The translations under genes were made by a program, and so were the position numbers. The notes under the pieces were generated by a model. That model did no database searches. It saw only the letters and a program-made list of their open reading frames with translations, and was not told where the DNA came from. From an uncultured delta proteobacterium (GTDB lineage Bacteria > Desulfobacterota > Binatia > UBA9968): a stretch of 64,000 bases of DNA. This document shows, piece by piece, positions 60,676 to 64,000 of this stretch. Location of the stretch: contig CAVWLW010000059.1 in the NCBI GenBank assembly GCA_963755715.1, positions 160,001-224,000 on the forward strand, in the 5' to 3' direction. Each line of letters starts with the position of its first letter. The first letter of the stretch is position 1.

Positions 60676-61999
60676 TTACGCTACGGTCATGAGTTTCGTA
60701 AGTTCGCGAGTGCTCGTCAGCGATTCGATGCGCCGAATCGAATCGATAATCTGATCGACGTTCTTCTTACCCAAGATCGGCTCCATCAACCACGCCGCTT
60801 TCTTTTCCACTTCGTCCGGGCTCATCGGATTTTCCGGACGGCCGCGGCAGTTGATGACGTGTTCGCGCAGCGTTTGCCCGTCCTTCAATGTGACTTCAAC
60901 CAGTCCCTGAAAGCGGTGGCCCGAGCGCTCCATCTCATTGTCGCCGACCAACTGAACTTTATCTTTCAGGGCCAACACGCGCGGGTTTCGAAAGCGCTCG
61001 TAATCATGCGCCATCTCGAAAGTGAGCTTGCCTTCGAGCAAGATCGCCGAAACCATGAATTGCACGTTAACGTCGGGCATATGCCGGTTGTTGACCGTGC
61101 GCGCGCCGCTTTCGGGAATGCGCACGGTCACTTTTTCGATTTGCTCGGGATTGATAGCTTGCTTTGAAAGCAGCGCCAGCGTCGCGTCGACGGTCTCCAT
61201 CATCGGCGAGCCGACGGGATATTTTTTCACCAAACAGCTGGTGATCGTGAACCGCTGGCCAAGCTCGCTAAGTATTTTTGCCGGATCGCACGGCGCGTAG
61301 GTCTTGATGATGCCCTGGTCGCCTTCGAGCACGTCGCGATTACCCGTGAACCCGGATTGAATCAAGAGCGCAGCCGTAACGCCGTTGCGCGCCGGCATCG
61401 CGGCGTAGTCGAAAGCTTTCTCGATGTGATCGTCGTCTCCCACCCAAGCGCGCGAACCGGAAGCTTGCTGCGCCGCGTAGGAAATAAGATAGCGCAGGTG
61501 TAAATCATCCAATTCCGCCAACGCGCCTGCCGCCGCGGCGCTACCGAACGTGGCGCCGAAGCTGGTTGAACGTGGTTCAAACGCCTGATGAAAACGAAAT
61601 CCAATGTCGTAACCGAGAATCACGGCGCGCAACAGCGCTTCACCGCTCCGATTCTGCGACTCGGCGACCGCCAGTGCCGCGGGCACGATCGCACAACCGG
61701 GATGGAGTTGGCTGTTCGAGTCGTCGGTCTCATCGGCATGGCCCGACATGCCGTTGGCGAAAGCGGCTAAGATCGGCGTGGTTTTCAAGTTCGATCCGAG
61801 CACGCTGCATTCTTCTCTGCCGCCTTGTTGGCGCGCGTGCTGCAAGCCGAGTTTCCCCGGCTTCAAAGTCGAGCCTGAAACGATCGCGGCCAGCGAATCC
61901 AAAAGATGGCTTTTGCCTTTTTGAATCACTTCCTCCGGCAGCTTTGCGTCGCCGCGCCGCGAGCATATATTCAACCAAAGAATCGACGATCTTGGCCAT
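60676..61999 (-). CDS. MmgE/PrpD family protein (frameshift at about 61955)
   Basis: AAFANG..GHADETDD, HPG, KKYP, GRPENPMS; MAKIVD start follows GGAGGTG. Confidence 0.88.
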
Positions 62000-62168
62000 G
62001 TCACCTCCGATGATGCATTCCCGCTTAAAACTGATCTGCTCTATAATCCATAGTGCCGCGCATCATCGGCTGTCAAGATTACGTTGACACTACTTCCAAC
62101 GCTGCGCTATATGCCGGGGAGAACGAAATGCCAATTTGTGTGACGCGCACGGGTTCATGGAGGTTTTT

Positions 62169-63713
62169 GTGAATCGAAAGCTCAGACAATGGAGTCGAAG
62201 AGAGTTTCTCAAAAAGAGCGCTTCCGCCGGGGCGGTGCTTTCGATCGCGCCTTTCGCCGGAGCAAAAACCGCGCGGGCGCAAGGTTCGTCTCGTAACCGC
62301 ATTACCGTCGCGCACGGCGTCGGCGTTTATTCTTTGAACCCTTACGCGGTGAATACCTCTCCTTTACAGGCCGTCTGGGGATCGATCATGGAGCCGCTGA
62401 TCGACGCAGATTATGAAAAGCGCGGTTACCGCGGCATCTTGGCCGAGTCCTGGCAGATGAAGGGCACGAAGCTCCAATTCAAGCTCCGTAAAGGCATTCG
62501 CTTTCATGACGGCGCACCGTTCACGAGCAGAGACGTGCTCGCTTCGTTCAAACGCATACTGACCGATAAACAGAGCCTTCAAGCGCCCAATCTGCAAAAC
62601 ATCGCGGAAATGGACGCTCCGGACGATCACACGGTCATCCTGACTCTCAAGAAAGCCGATGCGAACGCTCTCGAGGACATCAACAGCCGCGTCGTCATGA
62701 AACAGTCGATCGCGGAAAAGATGGGCGAGGCGGACAATCGGCCGATCGGAACGGGTCCATTCAAATTTACCAGTTGGGAAAGAAGCGGCCAGTTCGTTCT
62801 CCGGCGCAACGAGAGTTATTGGGGTCAAGCGCCAAAAATTGATGAAGTCATTTACAAAGCGATTCAGGAAGACGGGGCGCGCATCGCCGCGCTCGAGGCG
62901 GGTCAGGCGGATATAATCAGCAACATTCCGCCGCACGAGGTCGCCCGTCTAAAAGCCAATCCGCGTATCCGCGTTCAGCAAGTGCAGGGATTGCGGCCGA
63001 TTTTTTTGGTGCTGAGCCCGGCTTATAAGCCGCTCGACAATCCGAAAGTCCGCCGCGCCATCACCCACGCGATCGACCGGGAACGAATCATCAAACATAT
63101 TCTGGAAGGCTACGCTTATCCATTGAGCGGGCTCTTGAGTCCGCAGGTTTTCGGCTACGAGCCGAGCGCCAAGGCTTATTCGTACGATCCGGAAAAGGCG
63201 AAGCAGCAATTGACCGAAGCAGGTTTCGCCAATGGATTTGAGATCGATTATTACAGCCCGACGGGGCGCTATCCGAAGGATCGCGAAGTCGCGCAAGTCA
63301 TCGTCGAGCAACTTTCCAAAGTCGGAATCAGGGCCAATCTGAAAACGCCGGAATGGAGTATCTTCAATACCGACTACAAGAATGGCAAATACCCGATGTA
63401 CCTGACCGGCCGGGGCAGCCTGACGGATGCCGACACGTTGTTCCAGCAGTATTTTAGAACCGGAATGACCAGGCGAACATTAGGATACAGCAACCCGAAA
63501 TTGGACGAAATCCTCGAGATGCAGCAGCTAACTTTTGACGTCAGAAAGCGGGAAAAGCTTCTTTGGGAAGCTCATCGGCTCATTTTAGAGGATGCTCCGG
63601 CTGTGCCGCTGTGGAATGCTATGGACGTATACGCGTATCGCGCTGATCTCGTCTGGACGGCCCCGCCGGATGAGAAAGTGCAGTTGAAAGACGCCCACTT
63701 GAAAACGAAATAA
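62169..63713 (+). CDS. ABC family 5 (peptide/nickel) solute-binding protein with Tat signal
   Basis: SRREFLK, KLRKGIRFHDG, PIGTGPFKF, VRRAITHAIDR; GTG follows GGAGG. Confidence 0.9.
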   Translation: MNRKLRQWSRREFLKKSASAGAVLSIAPFAGAKTARAQGSSRNRITVAHGVGVYSLNPYAVNTSPLQAVWGSIMEPLIDADYEKRGYRGILAESWQMKGTKLQFKLRKGIRFHDGAPFTSRDVLASFKRILTDKQSLQAPNLQNIAEMDAPDDHTVILTLKKADANALEDINSRVVMKQSIAEKMGEADNRPIGTGPFKFTSWERSGQFVLRRNESYWGQAPKIDEVIYKAIQEDGARIAALEAGQADIISNIPPHEVARLKANPRIRVQQVQGLRPIFLVLSPAYKPLDNPKVRRAITHAIDRERIIKHILEGYAYPLSGLLSPQVFGYEPSAKAYSYDPEKAKQQLTEAGFANGFEIDYYSPTGRYPKDREVAQVIVEQLSKVGIRANLKTPEWSIFNTDYKNGKYPMYLTGRGSLTDADTLFQQYFRTGMTRRTLGYSNPKLDEILEMQQLTFDVRKREKLLWEAHRLILEDAPAVPLWNAMDVYAYRADLVWTAPPDEKVQLKDAHLKTK

Positions 63714-64000
63714 CTGCAACGGCGCAGGAGCATTTCGAATCGTTTGTTAATCCGCAGGTCAATAATGGGGTCAACGGAACTACGCCGAGTTGGACGCGAT
63801 CGATTTCCCGCAGCAGCGTTTGCGGCGTCGGCCGGTCCGCCGGATCCCGACTGCGATAGGCGTAAAGAACGTTTCCCCTGCTATCGAGTAAAAAATCACC
63901 GCCCGATTGATAGATATCTTCGCCGCCATAAGGCTCTTGCTTCAGTCCCCGCCGCCATAGCTTGAAATACAACTTCAACACCGGTGGCGAAAAGACTCGA
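63619..64000 (-). CDS. AhpC/TSA-2 peroxiredoxin-like protein, 3' part only (true stop uncertain)
   Basis: QSGGDFLLDSRGNVLYAYRSRDPADRP; continues beyond the window edge. Confidence 0.7.
   Translation of the reverse strand, partial: RVFSPPVLKLYFKLWRRGLKQEPYGGEDIYQSGGDFLLDSRGNVLYAYRSRDPADRPTPQTLLREIDRVQLGVVPLTPLLTCGLTNDSKCSCAVAVISFSSGRLSTALSHPAGPSRRDQRDTRIRP

Noticed and set aside
8791-61999. Programmed frameshifting or mass pseudogenisation
   Set aside because: The indels are scattered single bases without slippery motifs and also hit housekeeping fumarase. Sequencing error is the simpler explanation.
1-64000. CRISPR array, tRNA, rRNA or riboswitch
   Set aside because: There is no regularly spaced repeat-spacer series and no cas gene. 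The intergenic hairpins belong to dispersed REP/MITE families. I recognised no RNA gene or riboswitch consensus, although an Rfam scan was not run.

Overview
This is a 64-kb GC-rich bacterial chromosomal segment. Its gene content suggests Candidatus Binatia or a related 'Deltaproteobacteria' soil lineage, but that is inference and no marker gene is present. The window carries 14 periplasmic solute-binding proteins (7 NMT1/SsuA-like, 4 Bug/TctC, 2 Fe3+/polyamine-type, 1 family 5) and no cognate permease or ATPase. They are interleaved with catabolic-type enzymes: three MetE-C-like Zn thiol transferases, five amidohydrolase-2 proteins, a heme-oxygenase-like diiron protein, a bicupin, UbiD, a Cys-less thiolase fused to a DUF35 OB-fold, a molybdopterin oxidoreductase, MmgE/PrpD, a dihydroxyphthalate-decarboxylase-like protein and class I fumarase. 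Accessory features are an XRE-NfeD-flotillin-PspA-beta-carbonic-anhydrase operon with a tandem palindromic operator, a complete IS5/ISNCY-type element, and a near-canonical solo attC site after a PD-(D/E)xK nuclease gene. There is also an MNT-HEPN toxin-antitoxin pair lying between a gene and that gene's displaced 3' end, a 124-bp micro-inversion in an AI-2E transporter remnant, and many REP/MITE-like hairpins and 7/8/9-bp tandem repeats. About 20 single-base indels, mostly insertions, split otherwise intact genes and are most likely long-read errors. No rRNA, tRNA or CRISPR array was seen. All family calls are from motif recognition, not database searches.
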